Source: Nitrosomonas oligotropha (GTDB lineage: Bacteria; Pseudomonadota; Gammaproteobacteria; Burkholderiales; Nitrosomonadaceae). Taken from it: 64,000 nucleotides of DNA. The notes beneath the pieces are model-generated. The model saw only the letters and a program-made list of their open reading frames with translations. It was not told the origin of the DNA and made no database searches. How positions within the stretch are numbered: position 1 is the stretch's first letter; every line of letters starts with the position of its first letter. A program made the translations under genes and the position numbers. Of this stretch, positions 40,819-51,528 are shown piece after piece. The stretch lies in the NCBI GenBank assembly GCA_008015635.1, contig SSFX01000036.1, positions 6,603 to 70,602 of the forward strand. The letters run 5' to 3'.

Positions 40819-42030
40819 ATGAAGAAGAAACTTATTTCGTTGGCAGTAGCCGGTGCACTTGCAGCTCCGATGGTTGCATCAGCACAAGGAACAAACGTAA
40901 CACTGTTTGGTAGCGTGCAAGCTGAATATGCAACAGTGAACAAAGAAGGTCAAAGTAGCCAGGCTCATATCGGTGACGATACAGGTCGTTCCAGATGGGG
41001 TATGCATGTTACTGAAAATTTGGGCGCCGGCTTAAAAGCAAAAGCGCATGTTGAGTATGGTTTTAGTACAGGTAGTGGTGCTCTAGGTATTGCGCGTGAA
41101 CGTTGGGTTGGATTGGCCAATGACAATTGGGGTGAAGTAAAATTTGGTCGCGTTCAATCACCATTTAAAGATTTCGCTGGTGGTATGACCATTGATCCAT
41201 TCGCATATACGACCCTTCAAGCATCAGGTAGCGGTGGTACTATGTCGGCATCCGCAAATGGTCTGGGATCAGGAGCAAATGGCTTCGTAAATAGCGCAGC
41301 TCGCTATGATTCACCAAAAGTCGAAGGTTTTAGCTTCTCGGGTATATTAATGCCAGGTGACTCTAACAGATTAGATCCTGCAAACTTTATCGCTCCATCG
41401 GGTAGCTTTGCTGGAAGTCAGTCAAATTCAGGTGGTGAAGATGGTGAATGGGACTTCCAAGTTGCAGGTAAATACGAAGCTCAATTTCAAGGTCATAATT
41501 TAGCGGTGTTTGGTGGATATTCTCGTGATAATCTCAGTACCCGTCAAAGAACAGGTAATGCAGGTTATCCTGCTTTGGTTAACAATGAGCATATCTGGCG
41601 TGGTGGTGCATCATGGAGCTTCCAAAACTTTAAGTTGAATGGCCAGTATGAAAATATTAATAACGCTGTTGGTGCAGCTACTTGTACCAATGCCGGTATG
41701 TTAGGTAACCCAGCAACGGGCTCACCTGATTCGCGTGGACAATGTAACTCAGCGATGAACTGGGGTGGTGACGGTAATATTTGGTTTGCAGGCGGTCAGT
41801 ATGACTGGGGGAATACCAGCTTTATCGCTCAAGGCGGTATGACAAATGCTCATGGATTGGCTGGTGGTGCATCAAGCCGTGAAGTAAGCAGCTTTACCGT
41901 TGGCGCAATCCACAATCTCAGCAAACGTTCTAGCCTCTTCGGCGGTTATCAACGTGCAATGGTTGATGATAGAAATGCTGTATTCAGAGATAGCAATACC
42001 TATAGCATCGGTATGCGTCACAACTTCTAA
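40819..42030 (+). CDS. Gram-negative outer-membrane porin
   Basis: MKKKLISLAVAGALAAP signal, NVTLFG, SRWG, ENLGAGLKA, C-terminal GMRHNF; RBS AGGAG before 40819. Confidence 0.93.
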   Translation: MKKKLISLAVAGALAAPMVASAQGTNVTLFGSVQAEYATVNKEGQSSQAHIGDDTGRSRWGMHVTENLGAGLKAKAHVEYGFSTGSGALGIARERWVGLANDNWGEVKFGRVQSPFKDFAGGMTIDPFAYTTLQASGSGGTMSASANGLGSGANGFVNSAARYDSPKVEGFSFSGILMPGDSNRLDPANFIAPSGSFAGSQSNSGGEDGEWDFQVAGKYEAQFQGHNLAVFGGYSRDNLSTRQRTGNAGYPALVNNEHIWRGGASWSFQNFKLNGQYENINNAVGAATCTNAGMLGNPATGSPDSRGQCNSAMNWGGDGNIWFAGGQYDWGNTSFIAQGGMTNAHGLAGGASSREVSSFTVGAIHNLSKRSSLFGGYQRAMVDDRNAVFRDSNTYSIGMRHNF

Positions 42031-42047
42031 GAAAGTTTTAGTCTCAT

Positions 42048-42075
42048 AAAAAAGGCACCGATTGGTGCCTTTTTT
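42048..42075. terminator. Rho-independent terminator
   Basis: A6-GGCACC-GATT-GGTGCC-T6. Confidence 0.88.
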
Positions 42076-42176
42076 ATTGTCAGAAAGAAATATAATAAAT
42101 CCTTATTAGCCTTTTTCTGGTTGTGCATATGTAATTAAGGAAATATTGAAGGATTTTTAAAGGAGAATTTGCAGTT

Positions 42177-42593
42177 ATGAGTATGAAGAAATGGACTGAC
42201 GAAGAACTGATTACTACGCGCGACAATCTGGATGCATGGGATAAACGAAGGAAGAGTTCGGGCGCGGGCTCAAAAATGTGGTTGTTGACAGCACTGTTGG
42301 GTGCGTTTGCTATTTCGACCGGGGTCGCATTTATCTTCCTTGATGGTATTGATGTGATGAGCGTGATATTGATCATTATGGGTGCAGTGACATGTTTTTC
42401 CTGGTACAGAAGTGACAAGCAACTTAAAGACAATATTGGATTTCTGGCGGAGATCAACAAAGAGATTAAAGCGCGAAAATTGAAAGATACTTCAAAATCC
42501 ACCAATAAAATGGATGAGCACATAAAAGAAATCAAAGAGGATGACAAGCAAGAGTCGTCTGTAACGGAATCTCAGGTTACTGATAAGAAATAA
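42177..42593 (+). CDS. Hypothetical two-TM membrane protein
   Basis: RBS AGGAG; two hydrophobic helices; charged tail. Confidence 0.75.
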   Translation: MSMKKWTDEELITTRDNLDAWDKRRKSSGAGSKMWLLTALLGAFAISTGVAFIFLDGIDVMSVILIIMGAVTCFSWYRSDKQLKDNIGFLAEINKEIKARKLKDTSKSTNKMDEHIKEIKEDDKQESSVTESQVTDKK

Positions 42594-42623
42594 AGCAAAA
42601 GAAGTCAGGGTGATAACTCCGAT

Positions 42624-43190
42624 ATGAGAATGGGTAATTTATGGACAACATTTGTTCAATTTGTTGTTTCCAAAGTAGCGCATTCAGAAAAAATTCATTT
42701 GCAAGATGACTTGTCTGAACAATCGGATTTAAGCGCGGAAGATGGCTTGATTTTTAAGGCACTTTGTCAATTTGTATGGATTCAGGGTGATTTACTGCCG
42801 CTTATTTTTGATGTGGAAAATGAGATTTATACGAAGCAAGGAATTACCCGATTGACGCTTAAGCGCCTTGAGGAGATTGATCTGGTTGTGTTTGAGAACG
42901 ATGGTTTTATTAAGAAAGGCTACGGTAAACATACACGTTTATTTTATGACGGTAAGCCAACGAAAATAGGATTCCAGCGGGATGCTGATAATTATCTTGA
43001 CTTGGGGCATGTGCTGCTAACCGAGCGTGGTAAGAAATTAGCGCTGAATTTTAAGGTACCGGGAAACCAGCAATTCTATGAATATGTCATCACAAGATGG
43101 TTTCAGCAAGGACTGGTATTGTCATCAATACAAGTGGACCGCAATCGAAAAGCGAGTTCTCTGAATTACACATGTTCAATTAAAGAATGA
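42624..43190 (+). CDS. Hypothetical protein (possibly related to DUF2806 C-terminal region)
   Basis: 188-aa ORF; LSAEDGLIFKALCQFVW...LKRLEEIDLV...LLTERGKKLA winged-helix-like pattern. Confidence 0.6.
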   Translation: MRMGNLWTTFVQFVVSKVAHSEKIHLQDDLSEQSDLSAEDGLIFKALCQFVWIQGDLLPLIFDVENEIYTKQGITRLTLKRLEEIDLVVFENDGFIKKGYGKHTRLFYDGKPTKIGFQRDADNYLDLGHVLLTERGKKLALNFKVPGNQQFYEYVITRWFQQGLVLSSIQVDRNRKASSLNYTCSIKE

Positions 43191-44451
43191 GAATGGCGCG
43201 GTAATCATTCACATTGGTGAAAGTTGGGCCTGTGATCACTAAATCGTTTAATAGCTGAAAAAACGTATAGGCATCGTTATTGGCCAGATACGCTGTAGCA
43301 TTCAAGCCAAGTTTTTCCGCACGATGGAGTGAATCCGGTGTAATGAGCGCACCGGCATTGTTTTCGCTGCCATCCAATCCATCCGTATCGCAGGCAAGGG
43401 CGTAAATCGCTTCAGTACCTGCAAGCGCTATCAATAGCGATAGCAAAAACTCGGCATTGCGGCCGCCGCGGCCATTACCTTTGATTGTGACGGTGGTTTC
43501 GCCACCCGATAACAGAGCCACGGGCGCTCTTAACCATTGCGGGTGGTGACGGATCTCTTTGGCGAATGCAGCGTAGCTTTTGGCGATTTCGCGAGATTCA
43601 CCGCTAACGGTATCACCCAGAATCAAAGGTGTAATTCCGATACCCCGGAAATATTCAGCGGCTGCAACCAGTGATTGGTGCGCATTGGCGATGATCCGGT
43701 TTTCGACGCGGGTAAAAATAGCGGAACCGGGCTTAGGCGTTTCATTCATAGCACCGGCTTTTCCAGTCAGTAATACGTGCTTAACTGCTGGCGGCACATT
43801 GAGATCATAGCGCTCCAGTACCGCGAGCGAATCGGTGAAGGTGGACGGATCTGGTGCGCAGGGGCCAGAAGCGATATGAGTTGCGGCATCACCGGTAACA
43901 TCCGAAATGATCAAAGCCAGTACCGGTGCCTTGCAAATGGCGGCGAGCCTGCCGCCTTGAATAGCCGATAAATGTTTACGTACCGTGTTAATTTCCTGAA
44001 TATTCGCGCCACACCGCAATAATTGATTGGTGACTTCCCTCAAATCTTGCAACGAAATACCCTCGATGGGCAGGGACAGCAAGCTGGATCCGCCGCCGCT
44101 GAACAGGCAGAGCAATAAATCGTCAGGGTTTAACGCCTTGACCATAGCCAGTATTTCTTGCGATGCCTGTATGCCATTTTCATCGGGGATGGGATGCCCG
44201 GCTTCAATGACTCTAATTTTATGCGTTGGTAGTGTGTGTCCATAGCGCGTGACTACCAGACCGTCGAGCGGTCCATCCGCAGGCCAGGCATTCTCGACTG
44301 CCTGTGCCATGGCTGCGGCAGCTTTCCCGGCGCCGACAACGAGTGTGCGGCCTGCGGGAGGATTGGGGATATGTTGCGGCACGATATGTGCTGGATCAGC
44401 AGCTTTCACAGCCACTAAGAAACTTTCCAGCAAATAGTTGCGCGGATTCAT
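43180..44451 (-). CDS. Glycerate kinase type 2 (MOFRL family)
   Basis: [54 protein letters not shown]; ATGA overlap with uvrA stop. Confidence 0.93.
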   Translation of the reverse strand: MNPRNYLLESFLVAVKAADPAHIVPQHIPNPPAGRTLVVGAGKAAAAMAQAVENAWPADGPLDGLVVTRYGHTLPTHKIRVIEAGHPIPDENGIQASQEILAMVKALNPDDLLLCLFSGGGSSLLSLPIEGISLQDLREVTNQLLRCGANIQEINTVRKHLSAIQGGRLAAICKAPVLALIISDVTGDAATHIASGPCAPDPSTFTDSLAVLERYDLNVPPAVKHVLLTGKAGAMNETPKPGSAIFTRVENRIIANAHQSLVAAAEYFRGIGITPLILGDTVSGESREIAKSYAAFAKEIRHHPQWLRAPVALLSGGETTVTIKGNGRGGRNAEFLLSLLIALAGTEAIYALACDTDGLDGSENNAGALITPDSLHRAEKLGLNATAYLANNDAYTFFQLLNDLVITGPTFTNVNDYRAILIL

Positions 44452-47267
44452 TTTTGCAACATGGGTTGCAGGTAATGGCCGGTAAAACTGTTTGTATTGG
44501 CGGCAATATCTTCCGGTGTGCCTTCTGCGATAATGCATCCGCCCCCGTCACCGCCCTCGGGACCTAGATCAATAATCCAGTCGGCGGTTTTGATAACATC
44601 GAGATTGTGTTCAATCACCACTACGGTATTACCGTGATCTCGCAGCCGGTGTAGCACTTTCAGCAGCAGATCGATATCCTGGAAATGCAGGCCGGTAGTG
44701 GGTTCATCCAAAATATACAGCGTGCGTCCGGTGTCGCGTTTGGATAGTTCGAGCGATAATTTCACCCGCTGTGCTTCTCCGCCGGACAGTGTGGTAGCGG
44801 ATTGTCCCAGGGTAATATAGCCGAGACCGACCTCCAGCAGCGTTTGCAGTTTGCGGGCAACCACCGGCACTGGCGTGAAGAATTCATGCGCATTCTCTAC
44901 CGTCATTTGCAGTACTTCGTTAATATTTTTGCCTTTGTATTGAATCTCCAGTGTTTCGCGGTTATAGCGGCGGCCATGGCACACATCGCAGGTGACATAA
45001 ATATCCGGCAGAAAATGCATTTCCACCTTGATGACGCCATCGCCTTGGCAAGATTCACAGCGTCCGCCTTTGACATTGAATGAGAAGCGCCCGGGCGCAT
45101 AGCCGCGTTCGCGCGCTTGCGGCACGCCCGCAAATAATTCCCGGATCGGTGTGAACAAACCGGTATACGTGGCCGGATTGGAGCGTGGCGTGCGTCCGAT
45201 CGGGCTTTGATCCATGTTGATCACTTTGTCGAAAAAAGCCAGTCCGTCAATTTGCTGATAGGGTGCGGGCTCGGCGTTGCTGGCGTACAGGTGCCGGGCG
45301 ACCGCGCGGTGCAGCGTTTCATTGATCAGTGTGGATTTTCCCGATCCCGAAACGCCGGTGACACAGATAAAGAGTCCAACCGGCAAGTTCAGCGTAACAT
45401 TCTTGAGATTATTCCCGCAAGCGCCTTCAACCCGCAGTATCCTGTCGTGATCCGGCAAGTGGCGTTTTTCCGGGATGTGGATCGATAATTTTCCGGATAA
45501 GTATTTACCGGTCAGAGAATGATCGTCCTCTTGGATGGCTTGCGGACTGCCTTGAGCCACCACGAAACCGCCATGCTCACCGGCGCCTGGACCCATGTCG
45601 ACGACATAATCCGCGATTTGAATGGCATCCTGGTCATGTTCGACGACGATTACGCTATTGCCGAGGTCGCGCAGGTTTTTCAGTGTATCCAGCAGACGGC
45701 TATTATCGCGTTGATGCAGGCCGATGGAAGGTTCGTCCAGAACATACATGACACCTGTCAGGCCGGAGCCGATTTGACTGGCGAGACGGATGCGCTGCGA
45801 TTCGCCGCCGGACAATGTGTCGGCTGAGCGATCCAACGATAGGTAATCCAACCCGACGTTGTTGAGAAATTGCAGGCGGCTGGAGATTTCCTTGACGATT
45901 CGTTCGGCGATCGATTGTTTGTGGCCCGTTAACGCAATCTGGTCAAAGAATTGTTTGGCTTTTTTGAGCGGGAAAGCGCTAATTTCATAAATCGCCTGTC
46001 CGGCAACGTGCACATGCCGGGCGGCTTGACATAAGCGTGTACCTTGGCATTCCGGGCAGGTTTGCGCATTGAGATATTTCGCCAGTTCTTCGCGCACGGT
46101 TTGCGATTCGGTTTCCTTATAGCGCCGCGTCAGGTTTGGAATGATGCCTTCAAACGGATGTGTTTCTTGCTGCTTGCGTCCGTTTTCGGTTAAATAGGAA
46201 AAATGGATTTTTTCCTTACCGGAACCATGCAAGATGATGTTGCGGATGGATTCATCCAAATTCTCAAAGGGAGTTTCCAAATCGAATTGATAATGTGCCG
46301 CCAAGCTGGTTAATAGCTGAAAGTAAAATTGGTTGCGCCGGTCCCAGTTTTTGACCGCGCCAGCCGCCAGTGAAAGGTGCGGAAAAGCGACCACGCGTGC
46401 CGGGTCAAAGAATGTGATCTGTCCCAAGCCATCGCACTTGGTGCAGGCGCCCAGCGGGTTATTGAATGAAAATAATCTCGGCTCCAGTTCGGAGAGCGAA
46501 TAGCTGCATACCGGGCAACTGAATTTGGCGGAAAACAAGTGTTCATGGCCGTTATCCATCTCAACTGCCAGCGCGCGTCCTTCGGAATGACGTAATGCCA
46601 CTTCAAATGATTCCGCGAGCCGCTGTTTGGCCTCCGGAGAAACTTTCAAACGATCGATCACGACTTCAATCGTGTGTTTTTTGGTTTTTTGCAGCTTAGG
46701 TAATGCATCGATTTCATGCACTGCGCCGTCGATCCGCAAACGCACAAAACCTTGCGCGCGCAGTTCATCAAATAAATCAGATTGCTCGCCTTTGCGTTCC
46801 ACGATCAGCGGAGAGAGGATCATCAGGCGGGTATCGGGCGGCAACTGCAATACATGATCGACCATTTGCGCAACGCTTTGCGCGGTTAGCGTGATATTGT
46901 GCTCGGGACAGTAAGGATCGCCGACGCGGGCGAACAACAAACGCAGATAATCATGAATTTCCGTGACCGTGCCGACCGTCGAACGCGGATTGTGCGAGGT
47001 CGCTTTTTGCTCGATGGCGATGGCCGGGGAAAGTCCTTCGATCAAGTCGACATCGGGTTTTTCCATTAGTTGTAGAAACTGTCTAGCGTATGCCGAAAGC
47101 GATTCCACATAACGGCGCTGACCTTCCGCGTAGAGCGTATCGAATGCGAGTGAGGATTTGCCCGAACCGGATAAACCGGTAATTACTACAAGTTTGTTAC
47201 GTGGCAGATCGAGATGAATGTTTTTCAGATTGTGCGTACGCGCACCCCGTATTTTTATGGATTCCAT
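44448..47267 (-). CDS. uvrA: Excinuclease ABC subunit A
   Basis: [23 protein letters not shown], two ABC cassettes, Zn fingers. Confidence 0.98.
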   Translation of the reverse strand: MESIKIRGARTHNLKNIHLDLPRNKLVVITGLSGSGKSSLAFDTLYAEGQRRYVESLSAYARQFLQLMEKPDVDLIEGLSPAIAIEQKATSHNPRSTVGTVTEIHDYLRLLFARVGDPYCPEHNITLTAQSVAQMVDHVLQLPPDTRLMILSPLIVERKGEQSDLFDELRAQGFVRLRIDGAVHEIDALPKLQKTKKHTIEVVIDRLKVSPEAKQRLAESFEVALRHSEGRALAVEMDNGHEHLFSAKFSCPVCSYSLSELEPRLFSFNNPLGACTKCDGLGQITFFDPARVVAFPHLSLAAGAVKNWDRRNQFYFQLLTSLAAHYQFDLETPFENLDESIRNIILHGSGKEKIHFSYLTENGRKQQETHPFEGIIPNLTRRYKETESQTVREELAKYLNAQTCPECQGTRLCQAARHVHVAGQAIYEISAFPLKKAKQFFDQIALTGHKQSIAERIVKEISSRLQFLNNVGLDYLSLDRSADTLSGGESQRIRLASQIGSGLTGVMYVLDEPSIGLHQRDNSRLLDTLKNLRDLGNSVIVVEHDQDAIQIADYVVDMGPGAGEHGGFVVAQGSPQAIQEDDHSLTGKYLSGKLSIHIPEKRHLPDHDRILRVEGACGNNLKNVTLNLPVGLFICVTGVSGSGKSTLINETLHRAVARHLYASNAEPAPYQQIDGLAFFDKVINMDQSPIGRTPRSNPATYTGLFTPIRELFAGVPQARERGYAPGRFSFNVKGGRCESCQGDGVIKVEMHFLPDIYVTCDVCHGRRYNRETLEIQYKGKNINEVLQMTVENAHEFFTPVPVVARKLQTLLEVGLGYITLGQSATTLSGGEAQRVKLSLELSKRDTGRTLYILDEPTTGLHFQDIDLLLKVLHRLRDHGNTVVVIEHNLDVIKTADWIIDLGPEGGDGGGCIIAEGTPEDIAANTNSFTGHYLQPMLQK

Positions 47268-47333
47268 GAACTATCTATGTAAGAGTCAACCTGCTAATAT
47301 ACCCAACTTTTTAGGAATATCACAACCTGATTC

Positions 47334-48719
47334 ATGTCTGCTTCTTCTTCAACTGAAAAAATGTCCCCGGCAGAATTACGTGCGACCATCGGTTTAGCGG
47401 GTGTGTATGGCTTGCGCATGCTGGGCTTGTTTATCATTTTGCCGGTGTTTGCTTTTTATGCCGAGGATTTGCCCGGCGGAGACAACTTCACCTTGGTCGG
47501 CATCGCGCTGGGAGCTTATGGTCTCACACAAGCCGTGCTGCAGATCCCTTTCGGTTGGCTGTCCGATCGTATCGGACGCAAGCCCGTCATCTACCTGGGA
47601 TTGATTCTGTTTGCGGTGGGCAGTCTGATCGCAGCAATGGCCGCCGATATTTATTGGGTGATAGCGGGACGGGTCATTCAAGGCGCCGGTGCTATCTCCG
47701 CGGCTGTGATGGCGCTGGCAGCGGATCTTACGCGCGAAGAGCATCGTACTAAAGCAATGGCGACAATCGGTATGACGATCGGCACTGTTTTCGCGATTTC
47801 CCTGATTGCTGCGCCGGTTCTAAATCAATGGATTGGCGTGCCGGGGATTTTTGCCATGACCGGTATATTGGCGCTGCTGGCGATGATTGTAGTGAAGAAA
47901 GTCATTCCCGATCCGGTGATTAGCCGCTTTCATTCCGATACGGAAGCATCGCCGGCGAGTTTTGCCAGCGTATTGCGCAATACGCAGTTGCTGCGTTTGA
48001 ATTATGGCATTTTTGCGTTACATGCCGCGTTGATGGCGCTGTGGCTGGTGGTGCCGTTAACCTTACGCCAAGCGGGTATGGCTGCGGACGATCACTGGCA
48101 GATATATTTGCCGGTTCTGATTTTATCGATTGTGCTGATTGTTCCAGCCATTATTTACGCCGAGAAAAAGGCCAAATTAAAACCGGTATTTATTGCAGCT
48201 GTTGCGACGTTGCTGACGGGTCAGCTGTTACTGGCCATTACTTTGGACTCAATCTGGGGCACGGCTGCTGCATTATTGGTTTTTTTCACGGCATTCAATT
48301 TACTTGAGGCCAGTTTGCCATCCTTGATTTCGAAAATTGCGCCAGTCGGAGCGAAAGGAACGGCAATCGGCATCTATAGCAGTACGCAGTTTCTGGGGGC
48401 GTTTGCCGGGGCCGCAGTGGGCGGTCACTTGGTTGCCACTTATGGAAGCGATGCGTTATACGCGTTCTGCGGGGCGTTGCTGCTGGTATGGTTGATATTG
48501 GCTGCCACGATGCAGGCGCCAGCAGCAGTGCGCTCCAAAATGTACCATGTACAGGAAATGGATACAGATCAATCGGCGGAGCTTTCACGTCAGCTTGCAG
48601 CGATACCCGGTGTATATGAAGCTTTGGTTCTGGTCAATGAGCGGGTGGCTTACCTGAAAGTCGATATGAAAGGCTTCGATGAAGAGAAAGTGATTAAATT
48701 GCTTGGGGAGGAAACATAA
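47334..48719 (+). CDS. MFS transporter, YajR-like
   Basis: GWLSDRIGRKP motif A, C-terminal ferredoxin-like AYLKVD domain; conserved uvrA-MFS-ssb synteny. Confidence 0.9.
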   Translation: MSASSSTEKMSPAELRATIGLAGVYGLRMLGLFIILPVFAFYAEDLPGGDNFTLVGIALGAYGLTQAVLQIPFGWLSDRIGRKPVIYLGLILFAVGSLIAAMAADIYWVIAGRVIQGAGAISAAVMALAADLTREEHRTKAMATIGMTIGTVFAISLIAAPVLNQWIGVPGIFAMTGILALLAMIVVKKVIPDPVISRFHSDTEASPASFASVLRNTQLLRLNYGIFALHAALMALWLVVPLTLRQAGMAADDHWQIYLPVLILSIVLIVPAIIYAEKKAKLKPVFIAAVATLLTGQLLLAITLDSIWGTAAALLVFFTAFNLLEASLPSLISKIAPVGAKGTAIGIYSSTQFLGAFAGAAVGGHLVATYGSDALYAFCGALLLVWLILAATMQAPAAVRSKMYHVQEMDTDQSAELSRQLAAIPGVYEALVLVNERVAYLKVDMKGFDEEKVIKLLGEET

Positions 48720-49175
48720 ATGGCGTCGCTCAATAAAGTCATACTCATCGGTAATTTGGGTAAAGATCCGGAAACGCGTTACATGTCAAATGGTGATGCG
48801 GTGACCAATATTACAGTGGCAACGACGGATACTTGGAAAGATAAAAATGGCGAAAAGCAAGAGAAAACGGAGTGGCATCGTGTCACTTTTTACCGCAAGC
48901 TTGCTGAAATTGCGGGAGAATACTTGAAGAAAGGCCGCTCGGTTTATGTCGAAGGCAGGCTTGAAACCCGTAAATGGACGGACAAGAACGGCGTGGAACG
49001 GTATACGACGGATATTATTGCCAGTGATATGAAAATGCTGGGGAATCGATCAGGAAGCGGCAGTTTTGAATCGGCGCCTGACCACGAAGAAGACAGCTCA
49101 GTTTCTAACCGGTCTTCCTCGTCAGGCAAAGCACCGAGTGGATTTGATGATATGGATGATGATATTCCATTCTGA
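48720..49175 (+). CDS. ssb: Single-stranded DNA-binding protein
   Basis: [21 protein letters not shown], acidic tail DDDIPF. Confidence 0.98.
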   Translation: MASLNKVILIGNLGKDPETRYMSNGDAVTNITVATTDTWKDKNGEKQEKTEWHRVTFYRKLAEIAGEYLKKGRSVYVEGRLETRKWTDKNGVERYTTDIIASDMKMLGNRSGSGSFESAPDHEEDSSVSNRSSSSGKAPSGFDDMDDDIPF

Positions 49176-49195
49176 CCGGCCAGAATGCAATTGCG

Positions 49196-49402
49196 TTAAC
49201 GTTTTTCAGGTAATCGGACTATTCCCAACCGGCGTTCTGCGATAGAGATATTTGATTGCCGGCGGGGTGGTAATGAAAATTCAATGCTTTCGATGTTGCC
49301 GCCAATATCTTTGGCCATATTTCTGAACTCGAGCGCCAGCATGCATTTGGGAACGATAAACGTTTGCTTGAATCCAGACTTGAAATGAACAAGAATTTTC
49401 AT
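49196..49402 (-). CDS. Small hypothetical protein
   Basis: 68-aa ORF with ATG start filling the gap; no motif recognised. Confidence 0.45.
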   Translation of the reverse strand: MKILVHFKSGFKQTFIVPKCMLALEFRNMAKDIGGNIESIEFSLPPRRQSNISIAERRLGIVRLPEKR

Positions 49403-49566
49403 AACTTTTTTCCAGGTAAGTTTTATTTATTAATGGCTTAGTCAATAAATGAACAGCAATGAAGCTGTTTCAACGACCTAAAAAAAATAAACTTTAGTGG
49501 ATATTGGCTATGGTTTCTTATCGCAGTGCAATTGTACGTCGTGGAATATCAAATCTGATGGATTAC

Positions 49567-50241
49567 TTATTCAGTGGATTTCACAACTCTGCTGGTAATA
49601 TTTCCTGAGCAAGATTGTGATTGTCCTGATACAGTCATTGCAACCAGAGCTCCAATCCCTGCTTGAAAAGTATTAACTTCGGAACGCGCAAGCAGTACAC
49701 ACGGTTTGCCGGAATGCTTGCAGTAATGTTTTACGGTGAAGAAAGCTTCATGATTTATGCAGTCAACCGGGCAAATGATCATATCCGCTTGTTTCAGGAG
49801 TTTTGGCAGATCTTCCAGATGATCGTGCGAGCCGCCATGGAACCCCATAAAACAACCGTCGCAGCTTTTTACTAATTGGCTGTATTCCGGATAAAGCCTA
49901 ATCCGGCCCCCAACACACAAAACAGATCGTCCGGCTAATTGGCAGCCGGAATTATATTGATGATCATCCGCCTGATTGTACTTTCTTTCGGTCTCAGTTA
50001 AATACGTTGCTTTGATCAGCGGTGCCCAATCAACGACAGGGATGCTTTTATTCGATATCCTGCGGGGACTGGTAATCTTTGGGTTGGCGTGCTCGACTCT
50101 TCGCTGCCATGCGCGAGACAATGTTGTGAAAATGCGCAGGCAGCAGGATACGAAAGTATCTGCGGATTCTGAAGCCGTGAAATGATCATGAGGAATCGTG
50201 CCGGAAGTATTGGCCAATGCCAGTTTCTTTAGAAATTTCAT
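49567..50241 (-). CDS. DUF2325 domain protein
   Basis: LAGRSVLCVGG, ADMIICPVDCINHEA...VKHYCKHSGKPC. Confidence 0.85.
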   Translation of the reverse strand: MKFLKKLALANTSGTIPHDHFTASESADTFVSCCLRIFTTLSRAWQRRVEHANPKITSPRRISNKSIPVVDWAPLIKATYLTETERKYNQADDHQYNSGCQLAGRSVLCVGGRIRLYPEYSQLVKSCDGCFMGFHGGSHDHLEDLPKLLKQADMIICPVDCINHEAFFTVKHYCKHSGKPCVLLARSEVNTFQAGIGALVAMTVSGQSQSCSGNITSRVVKSTE

Positions 50242-50359
50242 TGTGATATCTCCTGAGAATCATCAGCGAATAAAAAATTGGCTGGCTGACCTGGAGACAG
50301 GCTGGCTGGCTGAATATGCCGCTGAAGAAGGAAGAGGTAAACTTCAGCGGCAGGAAATA

Positions 50360-50824
50360 CTACATCTGACTTTGCAGCCAGTTATGGATACCGATTTTTT
50401 GCATGACATTGAGCTGAGTTTCTAGCCAATCAATGTGTTCCTCGGTATCTTCCAGAATCCGTTCAAAAACTTCGCGCGATACATAATCTTGCACTGATTC
50501 GCAAGCCGCTATTGCGGCGAGTAACGTGTCTCGCGAAGCTAATTCAAGTTTTAAATCGCAGGCGACGCACTCTTCAGCGGTCTCTCCGATCATTAACTTA
50601 CCAAGATCTTGCAAATTGGGTAATCCTTCCAGTAACAAGATCCGCTCAATTAATGCATCGGCATGTTTCATCTCTTCGCACGATTCTTCAAACTCGTGTT
50701 TTCCTAAACTGTTGAATCCCCAGTTCTTGTACATGCGTGCATGAAGAAAGTATTGGTTAATGGCGGTTAGTTCATGTTGCAATTGCTGATTCAACCAGCG
50801 AATAATATCTGCGTTACCTTTCAT
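50360..50824 (-). CDS. bfr: Bacterioferritin
   Basis: [38 protein letters not shown]. Confidence 0.97.
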   Translation of the reverse strand: MKGNADIIRWLNQQLQHELTAINQYFLHARMYKNWGFNSLGKHEFEESCEEMKHADALIERILLLEGLPNLQDLGKLMIGETAEECVACDLKLELASRDTLLAAIAACESVQDYVSREVFERILEDTEEHIDWLETQLNVMQKIGIHNWLQSQM

Positions 50825-51047
50825 TTTTAGCTCCTAAGGTGAATATCTCTTGATGTATCCGGGTGGTGAGAAGATATCACTCTGTATGGTATTTATTACT
50901 TGCTGGATCTAGCATTTTTGCAGAGAAAACCCCGGCATTACCCCAGATTATGCATCTACTCAGCCTTGCGGTTCATGATGATTTACGACTAGCGAGAGTG
51001 CTAACAAATTACACGCATTAATATACATGATATGTGTCTTTTATCCA

Positions 51048-51233
51048 CTATTTGTTCAGAATTAACTTGCCATTCCGTGTGCGACGCAGCGAATATTGCT
51101 CGCCTTTATGTAGTATTAGCACAACATCGCCATTCTTGAATAACACATCGCTATTAATCAGTGTGCTTAAATTTAATAAATCAGGTTTTAGTGAATTTTT
51201 TATGATCGTTTGAGATGGGTTTATGGTGTTCAT
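51048..51233 (-). CDS. hemP: Hemin uptake protein HemP
   Basis: S..LF...V.ILHKGEQYSLRRTRNGKLILNK. Confidence 0.9.
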   Translation of the reverse strand: MNTINPSQTIIKNSLKPDLLNLSTLINSDVLFKNGDVVLILHKGEQYSLRRTRNGKLILNK

Positions 51234-51243
51234 GGTTAATTAG

Positions 51244-51282
51244 AATTACATATAATGAGAATGATTCTCATTATATGTAATT
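51244..51282. promoter_or_regulatory. Fur box within a 39-bp perfect palindrome upstream of hemP
   Basis: AATTACATATAATGAGAAT-G-ATTCTCATTATATGTAATT; core AATGAGAATGATTCTCATT. Confidence 0.82.
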
Positions 51283-51528
51283 TAGGATGAAATGCAAGAC
51301 CTCACTGGAAATTTTGTTCGAGCGGCTTTTTGCTACTCGGAATGGCGAAAAGTAAGTGAATCCGAATGGCCATCAAAATGTGAAGAGGTTTTATTGGTGA
51401 TGTCAATAGATAAGTGTATACTGCAAATCTGTTGTCTAGGTGATTGCAAGCTATTGAGATTTATAGTTAAAGTTTTTGTAAACAATTGAACTGCTCATCG
51501 TGAATGAGTAAGACGCTTTGATTCTACA

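Noticed and set aside
44452-44538. Extended glycerate kinase N-terminus
   Set aside because: Overlaps uvrA; the ATGA-coupled start at 44451 is more plausible
47303-47318. LexA box upstream of uvrA (CTG-N10-CAA)
   Set aside because: Lacks the invariant CAG and the CTGT start; too weak to call
50278-50312. GGCT repeats and the 50317-50352 hairpin as an ncRNA
   Set aside because: Explained as low-complexity sequence plus a probable intercistronic or terminator stem after bfr; no recognisable RNA family
50985-51004. CIRCE-like GAGTGCTAA
   Set aside because: Only one half-site; no TTAGCACTC arm at 9-bp spacing and no heat-shock gene adjacent
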